From: an uncultured Flavobacteriaceae bacterium
GTDB taxonomy: Bacteria; Bacteroidota; Bacteroidia; Flavobacteriales; Flavobacteriaceae
DNA length: 64,000 nt
Reading direction: 5' to 3'
NCBI GenBank assembly: GCA_938017825.1
Contig: CALIJE010000016.1
Span: 8,358-72,357, forward strand
This document shows, one piece after another, positions 9,768 through 21,261 of the stretch. Under the pieces are notes generated by a model. It made no database searches. It was given only the letters and a program-made list of their open reading frames with translations, and was not told the DNA's origin. A program made the translations under genes and the position numbers. Numbering within the stretch: the stretch's first letter is position 1; each line of letters begins with the position of its first letter.

Positions 9768-9796
9768 AGTTATTAAAGCACAAACCAACCGAACTA

Positions 9797-10270
9797 GTGA
9801 TCAATTTCATTGGAACATACGACTGTAAGGCCGATGCCAAAGGTAGGGTAATGATGCCTGTTGCCCTAAAAAATCAGATGGCTCCGGTATTGAACAAGGG
9901 TTTTGTGGTAAAAAGGTCGGTTTTTCAGCCTTGTTTGGAGCTTTATCCTATGGAAGAGTGGAATCTGCTCATGAAGCGTATGAATCGTAAGAATCGATTC
10001 AAGAAAAAGAACAATGATTTCATTCGTCGTTTCTCGGCCGGTGTAAAAGTGGTTGAGATCGATGCCACAGGTAGGTTATTGATTCCAAAGAACCTTGTGG
10101 CGATTGCAGGTATTAAAAAAGAGGTTGTGTTGAGTTCGGCGATTAACATTGTAGAAATCTGGGATAAAGAGAGTTACGAGAAAGTTCTTGAGGAAACGGC
10201 GGAAGACTTTGCGGCCTTGGCCGAAGAGGTAATGGGGGATGATGGTGATGATTTTGACGATGTATCATAA
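9797..10270 (+). CDS. mraZ: Division/cell wall cluster repressor MraZ
   Basis: DAKGR and DATGR motifs; GTG at 9797 chosen because it lies downstream of the promoter. Confidence 0.95.
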   Translation: MINFIGTYDCKADAKGRVMMPVALKNQMAPVLNKGFVVKRSVFQPCLELYPMEEWNLLMKRMNRKNRFKKKNNDFIRRFSAGVKVVEIDATGRLLIPKNLVAIAGIKKEVVLSSAINIVEIWDKESYEKVLEETAEDFAALAEEVMGDDGDDFDDVS

Positions 10271-11153
10271 TCCGGTATTGCTATCGGAGTCGATAGATGC
10301 ATTAGGGATCAAGGCAGACGGAATTTATGTGGACGTCACCTTCGGAGGAGGTGGACATTCTAAAGAGATATTGAGAAGATTAGGTGAGAACGGCAGGTTG
10401 GTCGCCTTTGATCAGGACGAGGATGCATTGCAAAATGCGATAGCGGACGAACGATTTACACTGATCAATGAAAACTACCGCTATATCAAGCAGTTTTTAA
10501 AGTTCTATGGCATTCGGAAAGTAGATGGTATCCTTGGGGATTTTGGCGTCTCATCCCATCAATTCGATATGGCAGCACGTGGTTTTTCTACGCGCTTCGA
10601 TGCCGATTTGGATATGAGAATGAGCAAGCGCAATGAATTCTCTGCATTTAACGTGGTAAACAAGTATACCTACGACCAGCTTCGGAAGGTTTTGTTCGAA
10701 TATGGCGAACTGCGAAATGCCAACGCGATGGCACAGGCCATAACGGAGGCAAGAGAGTTGAACCCTATCAAAACCACCACTGGTTTAAAGACTGTTTTAC
10801 AGCGGTTTCTGCCTAATGCCAAAGCGCATAAAATCCTGGCCCAGGTATATCAGGCTATACGCATAGAGGTGAACCAAGAGATAGAATCGATTAAGGAATT
10901 TTTGCTTCAAACCGCTGAAATTCTTGAGCCTGGAGGGCGACTGAGCCTTATTAGCTATCATTCTTTAGAAGATAGATTGGTAAAACGTTACATCAGGTCA
11001 GGTCAGTTTGAAGGCGAGCCTGAAAAAGATTTTTACGGGAACATGGTTGTTCCATTTAAAAAAGTAGGGCGGCTAATTGTTCCATCGAAAGAAGAAATAG
11101 CCAACAATAACAGGGCGCGAAGTGCCAAATTGCGAATTGCTGAAAAATTATAA
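10260..11153 (+). CDS. rsmH: 16S rRNA C1402 N4-methyltransferase
   Basis: HNPVLL, DVTFGGGGHS, GVSSHQFD, SYHSLEDR, RARSAKLR. Confidence 0.97.
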   Translation: MYHNPVLLSESIDALGIKADGIYVDVTFGGGGHSKEILRRLGENGRLVAFDQDEDALQNAIADERFTLINENYRYIKQFLKFYGIRKVDGILGDFGVSSHQFDMAARGFSTRFDADLDMRMSKRNEFSAFNVVNKYTYDQLRKVLFEYGELRNANAMAQAITEARELNPIKTTTGLKTVLQRFLPNAKAHKILAQVYQAIRIEVNQEIESIKEFLLQTAEILEPGGRLSLISYHSLEDRLVKRYIRSGQFEGEPEKDFYGNMVVPFKKVGRLIVPSKEEIANNNRARSAKLRIAEKL

Positions 11154-11167
11154 TAAACCCAATCCAG

Positions 11168-11500
11168 GTGAAAAACGGAATACTAGACATTTTAAAAGGA
11201 AAATTCTTGGTTAGCGGAGACGCTCCCAAGAACTGGCTTTTTATCATTTTCGCATCCTTTTTGGCAGCGGTCATGATCGGGAGCAGTCACTCGGCAGATG
11301 CCAAAGTTCATCGAATTGCCGATTTGAATGAGGAGGTCAAAGAATTGAGAAGTCAATTTGTTGATACGCATAAAGATGCACAGCAATTAAAATTTGAAAG
11401 TACTCTTACTGAAGTTTTGGAGCAAGATGAATTGTATCCCTCTGACATTCCACCAAAAAAAATAAGGGTAAAATCGATTACCAAGAAGCGTGGCAATTAA
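11168..11500 (+). CDS. ftsL: FtsL-like cell division protein
   Basis: One TM helix plus coiled coil, between rsmH and ftsI. Confidence 0.85.
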   Translation: MKNGILDILKGKFLVSGDAPKNWLFIIFASFLAAVMIGSSHSADAKVHRIADLNEEVKELRSQFVDTHKDAQQLKFESTLTEVLEQDELYPSDIPPKKIRVKSITKKRGN

Positions 11501-13496
11501 AGAGAAGAACATATTAAAGCGATTGTATTTCGTTGCAGGTTTCCTGTTTCTATTTGCCGTGGCCGTTATGGTCAAATTGGTTAGTATTCAGATGGTCGAT
11601 GGTGACAAGTACCGCGATTTGGCCGAAGAACGTACCTCTAAAATATTTACAATTGCCCCGAATCGCGGCAATTTGTATTCCGATGACGGCAGTCTACTCG
11701 CTACCTCTGTCTCGCGCTATACAATACGATTCGATGCGGTTACCGTTAGTGAGGAAAATTTTAAAAAGTATATCGGTCCACTTTCGGAGTCACTTTCGAA
11801 ACTACTTAACAAATCTGCTTCTCATTACCAACAGTTACTTCGAAAAGCAAAAGCCAATAAAAACAGATACGCTCTTATTGCCCGCAATTTGGATTATTCG
11901 GACTATATGGAACTTAAAGAATTTCCATTATTCGAAAAGGGGCCTTATCAAGGTGGTTTGATCATCGAACAAAAAACGGTTCGTGAGCACCCATTGGGAA
12001 AAATCGCCGAACGCAGTGTGGGTTATGAACGGGTTGATGAAAACGGTTATTATACTAGAGTAGGGTTAGAGGGGGCTTTTGGGGAATATCTAAGAGGAAC
12101 CGAGGGAAAAAGGCATAAGCAGAAGATTGCCAAAGGCCAATGGAAGCCAATTGGGCAAGACAATATTGTAGAGCCTAAAGATGGCTATGACGTATTTTCT
12201 ACGATTGATGTGAATATTCAAGATATCGCACATCATGCACTATTGCGCCAATTAGAACACTATAAGGCCGAGCATGGCAGCGTTATCGTAATGGAGACAA
12301 AGACTGGTGAGATCAAAGCGATATCGAATTTAGGCAGAACCAGTGATGGCAAATACTATGAACGTTTGAACTACGCCATTGGAGAATCACATGAACCAGG
12401 CTCAACGTTCAAGTTGATGAATTTGGTGGCCGCCCTAGAGGACAAGGTAATCGATACGAGCTCTGTGATTGATACCGAGAAAGGGTCCTGGAAAATCTAT
12501 AACCATCGGGTAAGAGACTCGAAACATGGTGGTTATGGTGAAATCTCAATAGCCAAGGCCTTCGAAGTTTCCTCAAATACCGCCTTTGCCAAAATGATTC
12601 ATAATGGGTATAAGAAATCCCCGGCAAAATATGTGAACCGTCTCATGTCGATGAACCTTCATCGAGAATTGGGCCTGCCAATCAAGGGAGAAGGAAAGCC
12701 CCTTATTCGCTATCCCGGTGATAAAGGATGGTCTGGTCTTTCATTGGCCCAGATGGCTTATGGGTATGAAGTTTCGATGACACCTTTACAAACCTTGACC
12801 TTCTATAATGCAATTGCCAATGACGGAAGAATGGTAAAGCCAAAGTTGATCAAGGAAGTTCGAGAATGGGATAGGACCATTGAAAAGTTTGAGACCGAAG
12901 TTATTAACGCCGCGATCTGTTCTAAAGAAACCGCTGCCCAAGTACGTGACTTAATGAAGAATGTAGTGGAGAAAGAACATGGTACTGGTCATGGTCTGTA
13001 TTCACCCAATTTTTCGATGGCCGGCAAAACCGGTACGGCTCAGAAAAATTATGCTTCGAAAGATCCTGACAAGTTACGTTACATCTCCACATTCGCTGGA
13101 TATTTTCCCGCTGATGCGCCTAAATACTCCTGTATTGTAGTCATACATGAACCAGACAAGAGTGTAGGTTACTATGGTGCTGATGTATCTGGTCCAGTAT
13201 TTAAGTCTGTCGCAAGAAAAATTTATGCCAATTCTCCGTTGATCGATGAGGTTGAAATGCCTAAAAAAGCAAATGGTAATCTAGATGGTGATTTTCAAAA
13301 ATACTACGTCGAAGCCCAGAAGAGATATAACAAAGTTCCGAATGTAAAGGGTATGAGTGGTATGGACGCCGTTTCAATATTGGAAAATTTAGGCATTCAG
13401 GTCGAAGTAAAAGGTAACGGTAAAGTTCGCACACAATCGGTGAATACCGGTACAGATATTAACAAGGTAAATAAAATAGTTCTCGAATTATCGTGA
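11490..13496 (+). CDS. ftsI: Penicillin-binding protein FtsI with C-terminal PASTA domain
   Basis: STFK (SxxK), SSN, KTGT; VPNVKGM PASTA. Confidence 0.95.
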   Translation: MAIKEKNILKRLYFVAGFLFLFAVAVMVKLVSIQMVDGDKYRDLAEERTSKIFTIAPNRGNLYSDDGSLLATSVSRYTIRFDAVTVSEENFKKYIGPLSESLSKLLNKSASHYQQLLRKAKANKNRYALIARNLDYSDYMELKEFPLFEKGPYQGGLIIEQKTVREHPLGKIAERSVGYERVDENGYYTRVGLEGAFGEYLRGTEGKRHKQKIAKGQWKPIGQDNIVEPKDGYDVFSTIDVNIQDIAHHALLRQLEHYKAEHGSVIVMETKTGEIKAISNLGRTSDGKYYERLNYAIGESHEPGSTFKLMNLVAALEDKVIDTSSVIDTEKGSWKIYNHRVRDSKHGGYGEISIAKAFEVSSNTAFAKMIHNGYKKSPAKYVNRLMSMNLHRELGLPIKGEGKPLIRYPGDKGWSGLSLAQMAYGYEVSMTPLQTLTFYNAIANDGRMVKPKLIKEVREWDRTIEKFETEVINAAICSKETAAQVRDLMKNVVEKEHGTGHGLYSPNFSMAGKTGTAQKNYASKDPDKLRYISTFAGYFPADAPKYSCIVVIHEPDKSVGYYGADVSGPVFKSVARKIYANSPLIDEVEMPKKANGNLDGDFQKYYVEAQKRYNKVPNVKGMSGMDAVSILENLGIQVEVKGNGKVRTQSVNTGTDINKVNKIVLELS

Positions 13497-14956
13497 AGGC
13501 ACTTAAAGACATATTGTACGGTGTTGGAATAAAATCCGTAAGCGGCAGTACTGCTGCTATGGTCAATTCGGTTTGTTTCGATTCCCGTAAAGTAGGGATG
13601 GACGATGTTTTTATTGCCATAAAGGGAACGCTTACCGATGGCCATAAGTACATAGATACGGCGATTGAGAGTGGTGCAAAGGCCATTGTTTGTGAGATTT
13701 TGCCGAAAAGCTTTGTGAACGAAGTTACTTATGTTGAAGTTAAGAACGGCAATGCTGCCTTGGCAATCATGGCTTCGAACTTCTATGATAACCCATCAAA
13801 GAACCTAAAGTTGGTCGGTGTTACGGGTACAAATGGTAAAACAACTATAAGTAGCCTCTTGTTTCAATTGTTCAAAAAAGCAGGCTTTAAGGTAGGCTTA
13901 ATATCAACGATTAAGATAATGGTGGATGACACTGAATATGCAACTAGTCATACCACCCCTGATGCCATGACGATTAACCATCATTTGGCGCTGATGAACG
14001 AAGCAGGTGTGGAGTATTGTTTTATGGAAGTGAGTTCACATGGTATACATCAAAAGAGAACACAAGGCCTAGAATTCGCAGGAGCCATCTTCAGCAACCT
14101 ATCGCATGACCATTTAGATTATCACAAGACCTTCGCAGAATATCGTGATACTAAAAAAACATTGTTCGACGAGTTGCCAAAAAGTGCTTTTGCCCTTACC
14201 AATATCGATGATAAAAATGGTTTGGTAATGCTACAAAATACGAAGGCCAAAAAGCAAACATACGCCCTAAAGAATTATGCGGATTACCGTGCCCAGATTT
14301 TGGAGAACCAATTTGACGGACAACTGCTGAAGATCAACGATCATGAATTGTGGTCGAAATTAATTGGGCTCTTTAATGCCTATAATATGTTGGCCATATA
14401 TGCCACCGCCGATTTACTTGGCCTTGAACAATTGGAAACCTTGAGATTGTTAAGTGAGTTAGACAATGTAGACGGACGATTCCAATACTTCATATCAAAA
14501 GAAAAAATTACGGCTATAGTTGATTATGCCCATACGCCGGATGCGCTTAAAAATGTGCTTGATACTATCAACGCATTGAGAACTGGAAATGAAAACGTCA
14601 TCACCGTTGTGGGGTGTGGTGGCGATAGAGACAGGTCAAAGCGCCCGGTTATGGGTCATATCGCTTCTGAAATGAGCAACAAAGCCATATTCACATCAGA
14701 CAACCCCAGAACGGAATTGCCGAATGCTATCATAGAAGAAATGGAGGCAGGGGTAGAACCACAGAACACCAAGAAAATACTGTCTATTGAAAATAGGAAG
14801 CAAGCGATCAAGACGGCATGTCAATTGGCAGTCGCCAATGATATCATTTTAGTGGCCGGTAAGGGTCATGAAACCTATCAGGAAACAAATGGCAATCGCG
14901 TCGATTTCGATGATTTTAAAGTGGTAAAAGAGCTATTGGAAAGTATGGATAAATAG
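13493..14956 (+). CDS. murE: UDP-MurNAc-dipeptide:meso-DAP ligase
   Basis: GTNGKTT, MEVSSH, DYAHTPD, DNPR (DAP specificity), AGKGHE. Confidence 0.97.
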   Translation: MKALKDILYGVGIKSVSGSTAAMVNSVCFDSRKVGMDDVFIAIKGTLTDGHKYIDTAIESGAKAIVCEILPKSFVNEVTYVEVKNGNAALAIMASNFYDNPSKNLKLVGVTGTNGKTTISSLLFQLFKKAGFKVGLISTIKIMVDDTEYATSHTTPDAMTINHHLALMNEAGVEYCFMEVSSHGIHQKRTQGLEFAGAIFSNLSHDHLDYHKTFAEYRDTKKTLFDELPKSAFALTNIDDKNGLVMLQNTKAKKQTYALKNYADYRAQILENQFDGQLLKINDHELWSKLIGLFNAYNMLAIYATADLLGLEQLETLRLLSELDNVDGRFQYFISKEKITAIVDYAHTPDALKNVLDTINALRTGNENVITVVGCGGDRDRSKRPVMGHIASEMSNKAIFTSDNPRTELPNAIIEEMEAGVEPQNTKKILSIENRKQAIKTACQLAVANDIILVAGKGHETYQETNGNRVDFDDFKVVKELLESMDK

Positions 14957-15014
14957 AGTAGATAAAACGAGAATAACAAGGACGATTTCTAAGCCCAAAC
15001 GATAAACTTAAGTA

Positions 15015-16235
15015 ATGCTGTACTACTTATTTGATTATTTAGAAAAACAATACCAAGTGCCGGGAGCAAGTTTGTTTGCTTTTACCACCTTCCGTGCAGC
15101 TCTTGCCGTTTTGTTTTCCCTCTTGATCGGCGCGGCATACGGTAAGCGTATTATTATGTTTTTGCAAAAGCAGCAGATTGGGGAAACGATTCGCGATCTG
15201 GGTCTTGAAGGTCAAAAAGAAAAAGCAGGCACGCCAACCATGGGGGGTATAATCATTATTGTCTCCACTCTTATTCCGGTAATTCTCTTGGCACGCCTAG
15301 ACAATATCTACATCATTTTACTAATATGTACGATTATCTGGATGGGCCTTATAGGTTTTGCCGACGACTACATTAAGGTATTCCGAAAAAACAAAGAGGG
15401 CCTCAAAGGCAGGTTCAAAGTTCTGGGTCAAGTGGTACTTGGTCTTGCCGTGGGGGCAACGCTTTATTTTCATTCAGAAGTCACGATGCGCGAACGCAAT
15501 AACTCTATCATAACCGAGCAATTGGTCGTTGAGGAAGTTGAAGGTAAATCAATCAAGTCAACCAGAACAACAGTTCCTTTTTTCAAGCACAATGAACTCG
15601 ATTATGGCGACTTTATTTCTTGGGCCGGGGAAGGTGCTGAAAAGTATGCTTGGTTGGTATTCATTCCCTTTGTGATTTTAATCGTTTCCGGAGTTTCAAA
15701 CGGCGCCAATCTTACAGATGGCATTGATGGTCTGGCAGCTGGTACATCGGCCATAATTGTATTTACCCTCGGCGTTTTCACCCTAGTTTCCGGTAATTAC
15801 AACTTCTCTGATTACCTCGATATTATGTTCATCCCAGGGGCCTCTGAACTCATAGTCTTTATAGCGGCCTTCCTTGGAGCGTTGGTGGGCTTTCTCTGGT
15901 ACAATACCTACCCGGCGCAAGTATTTATGGGAGATACCGGTAGTTTAACCATTGGGGGGGTCATCGCGGTAATAGCCATCATTATACGTAAAGAACTCTT
16001 GATACCGTTGATGTGCGGAATTTTCTTTGCTGAATCTATATCGGTGATGTTACAGGTGGGCTATTTCAAGTATACCAAAAAGAAGTTTGGTGAAGGTAAA
16101 CGCATTTTTTTAATGTCGCCCTTACACCACCATTATCAGAAAAAGGGATATCACGAAAGTAAGATAGTCACTCGGTTCTGGATCGTCGGAATCATTTTGG
16201 CAATATTATCCATCGTGACATTAAAGGTTAGATAA
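15015..16235 (+). CDS. mraY: Phospho-MurNAc-pentapeptide transferase
   Basis: [28 protein letters not shown]. Confidence 0.97.
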   Translation: MLYYLFDYLEKQYQVPGASLFAFTTFRAALAVLFSLLIGAAYGKRIIMFLQKQQIGETIRDLGLEGQKEKAGTPTMGGIIIIVSTLIPVILLARLDNIYIILLICTIIWMGLIGFADDYIKVFRKNKEGLKGRFKVLGQVVLGLAVGATLYFHSEVTMRERNNSIITEQLVVEEVEGKSIKSTRTTVPFFKHNELDYGDFISWAGEGAEKYAWLVFIPFVILIVSGVSNGANLTDGIDGLAAGTSAIIVFTLGVFTLVSGNYNFSDYLDIMFIPGASELIVFIAAFLGALVGFLWYNTYPAQVFMGDTGSLTIGGVIAVIAIIIRKELLIPLMCGIFFAESISVMLQVGYFKYTKKKFGEGKRIFLMSPLHHHYQKKGYHESKIVTRFWIVGIILAILSIVTLKVR

Positions 16236-17570
16236 ATGGCACGGCTAGTGATTTTAGGCGGGGGAGAAAGTGGTGTAGGCACAGCTATTTTAGGAAAACA
16301 AAAGGGATTCGATGTGTTCCTATCCGATAAAGGAAAAGTAAAGGAGAAATACAGAAACGTTCTTGAACATTTTGAAATTGATTGGGAAGAAGAACAGCAT
16401 ACGACCGCTAAGATTCTAAATGCCGATGTGGTTATGAAGAGTCCGGGAATACCTGATTCGGTGCCTTTGGTAATTCAGCTAAGAGAGAAAGGAATAGCTC
16501 TTGTTTCGGAGATTGAATTTGCAAGTCGCTATACCGATGCCACCATTATTGGCATTACAGGGAGTAATGGTAAGACCACTACTACGATGTTAGCGAATCA
16601 CTTGCTCAAAGAAGGAGGTCTAAATGTTGGAATGGCCGGTAACATAGGTGATAGTTTCGCTAAGATGGTAGCCGAATTCGAGCATGATGTTTATGTGCTC
16701 GAAATAAGCAGTTTTCAACTTGATGGTATTACAGGTTTTAGACCGCATATCGCGATCATTACCAATATCACCCCAGATCATCTGGATCGATACGATTATA
16801 CGTTCGAAAAGTATATCGCATCTAAATTTCGTATCGCAGAGAACCAGACTTCCGAGGATTACTTCATCTATGATGCCGATGATGAGGTATTGGTAAACTG
16901 GTTAAAGGCAAACCCGATCAAATCAAAATTATTGCCCTTTTCACTACAAAAGGAAGTGACCGAAGGGGCCCAAATCAAGAATAACGAAATGGAAATAACA
17001 ACAGCTAATAATTCAATAACGATTATGACCGACAATCTAGCCCTCGAGGGAAAACACAATGTAAAGAATACAATGGCCGCTGCTCTTGCGGCAAAACTAG
17101 TAGGTATTCGGAAGGAATCGATACGCGCCAGCGTAACCAATTTTCAAGGAGCACCCCACCGATTGGAAAAGGTGTTGAAAATTGCTCATGTTCAATACAT
17201 AAACGATTCGAAGGCTACGAATGTGAATGCTACTTTCTTTGCCTTGGATAGCATGTCGGCACCTACGGTGTGGATTGTTGGCGGTGTGGATAAAGGGAAT
17301 GATTATAGAGAATTGATGCCCTTGGTACGTGAAAAGGTGAAAGCGATTATTTGTTTGGGATTGGATAATAGCAAGATCAAGGAAACCTTCGGAAACGTTG
17401 TGGATTTATTGGTTGAGACCTATGCCATGGAGGAAGCGGTAAAAGTAGCTTATAAAATTGGAGAACGTGGGGATAATGTGCTCCTGTCCCCAGCCTGTGC
17501 AAGTTTTGATCTCTTTAAGAATTATGAAGATCGTGGCGAACAATTTAAAGCCGCCATTAGAAATTTATAG
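16236..17570 (+). CDS. murD: UDP-MurNAc-L-Ala:D-Glu ligase
   Basis: GSNGKTT, EISSFQL, NDSKATN, SPACASFD. Confidence 0.97.
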   Translation: MARLVILGGGESGVGTAILGKQKGFDVFLSDKGKVKEKYRNVLEHFEIDWEEEQHTTAKILNADVVMKSPGIPDSVPLVIQLREKGIALVSEIEFASRYTDATIIGITGSNGKTTTTMLANHLLKEGGLNVGMAGNIGDSFAKMVAEFEHDVYVLEISSFQLDGITGFRPHIAIITNITPDHLDRYDYTFEKYIASKFRIAENQTSEDYFIYDADDEVLVNWLKANPIKSKLLPFSLQKEVTEGAQIKNNEMEITTANNSITIMTDNLALEGKHNVKNTMAAALAAKLVGIRKESIRASVTNFQGAPHRLEKVLKIAHVQYINDSKATNVNATFFALDSMSAPTVWIVGGVDKGNDYRELMPLVREKVKAIICLGLDNSKIKETFGNVVDLLVETYAMEEAVKVAYKIGERGDNVLLSPACASFDLFKNYEDRGEQFKAAIRNL

Positions 17571-17573
17571 ACC

Positions 17574-18788
17574 ATGTTATCATTGTTCAAGAACATAAAA
17601 GGAGATAAAGCGCTTTGGGCCGTGGTGGCCCTTTTGGCGTTGTTCTCGTTCTTGCCGGTATATAGCGCTAGTAGTAATTTGGTATATGTCGTGGGGAAAG
17701 GAACTACTACAGGACATTTGCTGAAGCATGCCTTCTTATTGATTCTAGGCTTTGGGATAATCTACGGTGTTCATCGAATTCCCACCCGTTATTTCAAAGG
17801 ACTATCGATTATGGCCTTGCCCATTGTTCTGGTCTTACTGGTCTTCACTTTGGCACAAGGCACCACTATAGGTGGCGCGAATGCTAGCCGTTGGATCAGT
17901 ATTCCCTTGGTCGGCATAACCTTCCAAACATCCAACCTGGCTGCTGTAGTGCTGATGATCTACGTGGCCCGATACTTGACCAAGGTCAAAGATCAAGTCA
18001 TTACGTTCAAAGAGAGCATAATACCACTTTGGCTCCCTGTTTTCTTGGTTATCGCTTTAATCTTACCAGCCAATTTCTCGACGGCTGCCATCATATTTTC
18101 AATGGTATTGCTCCTCTGTTTTCTTGGAGGATATCCTTTTAAGTACCTGGCTAGCATAGTTGGTGCGGGAATTATGTGCTTGTTCTTGTTTGTATTGACG
18201 GCCAAGGCCTTCCCCGATCTTTTTGAAGATAGGGTCGATACTTGGGGAAATAGGTTGGAAAACTTCGTAAATGGAAAAGACACCGAAGCCGATTATCAAA
18301 TTGAGCACGCCAAGATTGCCATTGCCTCTGGAGGGATTATCGGAAAAGGGGCTGGCAAAAGTGTTCAAAAGAACTTTTTGCCGCAAAGCTCATCAGACTT
18401 CATATATGCTATTATAGTTGAGGAGTACGGTCTAGTGGGTGGGTTTGTGCTTATGATCGCTTACCTGTTTTTTCTATTTCGAATTGTGGTAATCGCCAAC
18501 GTAAACAAAACGGTTTTTGGCAAGTTACTGGTGCTTGGGGTAGGCATACCTATAGTGTTTCAGGCCTTGATCAATATGGCCGTTGCCGTTGAATTGTTTC
18601 CGGTAACCGGGCAAACCTTACCCTTGATCAGTAGTGGGGGAACCTCTAGTTGGATGACCTGTTTAGCCATCGGGATAATTTTGAGTGCCAGTGTCAAGGA
18701 AACCACAAAAAAGAAGAAAAAGAAAAGTTCCAAATTAGATAAGATAGACATGACCAACCCTTTAGAAGTGTTGAGTGGGCAGTTATAG
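17574..18788 (+). CDS. ftsW: SEDS peptidoglycan polymerase FtsW
   Basis: Multi-TM; [35 protein letters not shown]. Confidence 0.95.
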   Translation: MLSLFKNIKGDKALWAVVALLALFSFLPVYSASSNLVYVVGKGTTTGHLLKHAFLLILGFGIIYGVHRIPTRYFKGLSIMALPIVLVLLVFTLAQGTTIGGANASRWISIPLVGITFQTSNLAAVVLMIYVARYLTKVKDQVITFKESIIPLWLPVFLVIALILPANFSTAAIIFSMVLLLCFLGGYPFKYLASIVGAGIMCLFLFVLTAKAFPDLFEDRVDTWGNRLENFVNGKDTEADYQIEHAKIAIASGGIIGKGAGKSVQKNFLPQSSSDFIYAIIVEEYGLVGGFVLMIAYLFFLFRIVVIANVNKTVFGKLLVLGVGIPIVFQALINMAVAVELFPVTGQTLPLISSGGTSSWMTCLAIGIILSASVKETTKKKKKKSSKLDKIDMTNPLEVLSGQL

Positions 18789-19866
18789 ATTTATATTATC
18801 AGGAGGAGGAACCGGCGGTCATATTTATCCGGCAGTGGCGATTGCCAATGAATTGAAAAAAAGATATCCTGATGCGAAATTTCTCTTTGTAGGGGCCAAA
18901 GACCGCATGGAGATGGAAAAAGTACCCAAGGCGGGGTATGAAATAGAAGGATTATGGATTACAGGGTTGCAACGGAAACTCACCCTAAAAAACTTGATGT
19001 TTCCATTTAAACTGATTAGTAGTTTGATCAAAGCAGGCAAAATCGTTTCGCGCTTTAAACCCGATGTCGTCATCGGGACAGGTGGTTTTGCGAGCGGTCC
19101 GCTGCTAAGGGTAGCCTCGGGTAGAAATATCCCTTGCGTATTGCAAGAACAGAATTCATATGCGGGTGTTACCAATAAATTGTTGAAAAATAGAGTGGCC
19201 AAAATTTGTGTAGCCTACGATGGTATGGAGCGCTTTTTTCCAAAGGATAAAGTTGTTAAAACCGGAAATCCTGTACGAGACGATTTGGTTCAAATGAAGA
19301 GTGACAGAAACGAAGCAATAGCTTTTTTTGGCCTTGATCCAAGTAGGCCAGTACTTCTAGTATTAGGCGGAAGTTTGGGGGCAAGAAGGGTAAACCAATT
19401 GATAGAAGAGAAATTGGCCTATTTCAAAAATCAAGGCTTACAAGTAGTTTGGCAATGTGGTAAACTCTATATCAATGAATATGAGAAATACAATTCAGAA
19501 AGTGTAAAGGTATATGACTTTTTGAATCGAATGGATTACACCTATGCCGCAGCCAATATTATTATATCAAGGGCGGGGGCGGGCTCTGTTTCTGAGCTAT
19601 GCATAGTCGGCAAGCCGACCATTTTCATTCCGTCACCCAATGTCGCTGAAGACCATCAAACCAAAAATGCAGAAGCCTTGGTACAGAAAGATGCGGCAAT
19701 AATGCTCAAAGAAACTGAATTGGACGCACAGTTTGAAAGAGTTTTTTCGGCACTATATAAATCCAAGGAGAAGCAACAGCAATTGAGCAACCATATTCAG
19801 AATTTGGCGAAGCCCAACGCAACAAAAGATATCGTTGACGAGATTGAGAGATTATTGAAATACTAG
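18775..19866 (+). CDS. murG: Lipid I GlcNAc transferase
   Basis: GGGTGGH, EQNS, GNPVR, GGSLGA, SRAGA. Confidence 0.97.
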   Translation: MGSYRFILSGGGTGGHIYPAVAIANELKKRYPDAKFLFVGAKDRMEMEKVPKAGYEIEGLWITGLQRKLTLKNLMFPFKLISSLIKAGKIVSRFKPDVVIGTGGFASGPLLRVASGRNIPCVLQEQNSYAGVTNKLLKNRVAKICVAYDGMERFFPKDKVVKTGNPVRDDLVQMKSDRNEAIAFFGLDPSRPVLLVLGGSLGARRVNQLIEEKLAYFKNQGLQVVWQCGKLYINEYEKYNSESVKVYDFLNRMDYTYAAANIIISRAGAGSVSELCIVGKPTIFIPSPNVAEDHQTKNAEALVQKDAAIMLKETELDAQFERVFSALYKSKEKQQQLSNHIQNLAKPNATKDIVDEIERLLKY

Positions 19867-19908
19867 AAGTCCCACTGCCAATAAAAAGGGGCAAGTGAAA
19901 AAACATTT

Positions 19909-21261
19909 ATGAACTTGAACGAAATACATAACGTGTACTTTATCGGAATTGGCGGCATTGGAATGTCGGCTTTGGCACGTTATTTTAAGTTTTTGAACAA
20001 GAATGTAGCTGGCTATGATAAGACAGCGACGCCACTGACACGCGAATTGGAAGCTCTTGATATAGCCATTCATTACGAGGACGATATTTCCCAAGTAGCC
20101 AATGTGTATAAAGACGCCCAAGAGACATTGATCGTATATACGCCTGCGGTGCCTAGTGAGCATTCTGAATATCAGTTCTTTTTGAATAATGGATTTCAGT
20201 TGTTCAAAAGATCGGAGGTATTGGGACTGGTCACCAAAGACACCTTCTGTTTGGCCGTTGCCGGTACTCATGGTAAAACGACAACCTCGAGCATTCTAGC
20301 GCACTTATTGAAAGAGACACAAACACCTTTTACGGCTTTCCTCGGCGGAATTTCTGAAGATTTCAACAGCAATTTTTTCTTTTCTGGGAATGAGACATCC
20401 GTAGTCGAGGCCGATGAGTTTGATCGTTCCTTTTTGAGATTGTTTCCAAATGTTGCCTGTATCACATCAATGGATGCAGATCACTTAGACATATATGGAA
20501 ACCAGGAGGAGTTACATAGATCATTCAAGGAGTTCGCGGCAAAAGTTGAAGATGATGGTAAACTATTTGTCCGCAAGGGGCTCCCGATAGAAGGTATTAC
20601 TTATGGTATCGAAGATGATTCTGATTATTGTATAAATAACTTAAGAATAGAACATGGCACCTACATATTCGATTTGAATACCCCACGAATTAGCTTAAAG
20701 GGGGTGAAATTCAGTAAGCCGGGCAGACATAATCTGCTCAATGGCTTGGTGGCGTTTGCAATGGCGGTTGAGACCGGTTCTTCCCCAGACCGTCTCGCCC
20801 GTGCATTGAACTCATTCAAAGGGGTACAGCGTAGGTTTAGCTATAAGATCAAAACAGATGACTTTGTTTTTATCGATGACTATGCACATCACCCAACCGA
20901 AATAGACGCGATTTACGATGCCGTTTCCGAAATGCATTCGAAGAAAAAGGTGCTGGCTGTTTTTCAGCCTCATCTATTTTCGCGAACACAAGATTTTGCA
21001 GAAGATTTTGCCAAAAGCCTTTCGAAATTCGATAGTGTTATCCTACTCGAAATCTATCCAGCCCGTGAAAAACCCATAGAAGGCATTACGTCGAAGTGGT
21101 TATTGGATAAAATTGAAAATCCGCATAAGAAGTTGGTTCGCAAATCAGAACTCGTACAGGAAATTAAAGAACAGAATCCTGAAATCCTGATTACACTGGG
21201 CGCGGGAGACATTGGATTGGAAATATCAAAAATCAAAAGAGAACTTGAATATGCAAATTAA
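19909..21261 (+). CDS. murC: UDP-MurNAc:L-Ala ligase
   Basis: GIGGIGMS, GTHGKTTT, EADE, DDYAHHPTE, FQPH. Confidence 0.97.
   Translation: MNLNEIHNVYFIGIGGIGMSALARYFKFLNKNVAGYDKTATPLTRELEALDIAIHYEDDISQVANVYKDAQETLIVYTPAVPSEHSEYQFFLNNGFQLFKRSEVLGLVTKDTFCLAVAGTHGKTTTSSILAHLLKETQTPFTAFLGGISEDFNSNFFFSGNETSVVEADEFDRSFLRLFPNVACITSMDADHLDIYGNQEELHRSFKEFAAKVEDDGKLFVRKGLPIEGITYGIEDDSDYCINNLRIEHGTYIFDLNTPRISLKGVKFSKPGRHNLLNGLVAFAMAVETGSSPDRLARALNSFKGVQRRFSYKIKTDDFVFIDDYAHHPTEIDAIYDAVSEMHSKKKVLAVFQPHLFSRTQDFAEDFAKSLSKFDSVILLEIYPAREKPIEGITSKWLLDKIENPHKKLVRKSELVQEIKEQNPEILITLGAGDIGLEISKIKRELEYAN

Noticed and set aside
18706-18726. A-AAA-AAG slippery motif in the poly-Lys tail of ftsW
   Set aside because: The -1 frame stops within about 10 codons and is not the murG frame, so no meaningful product results
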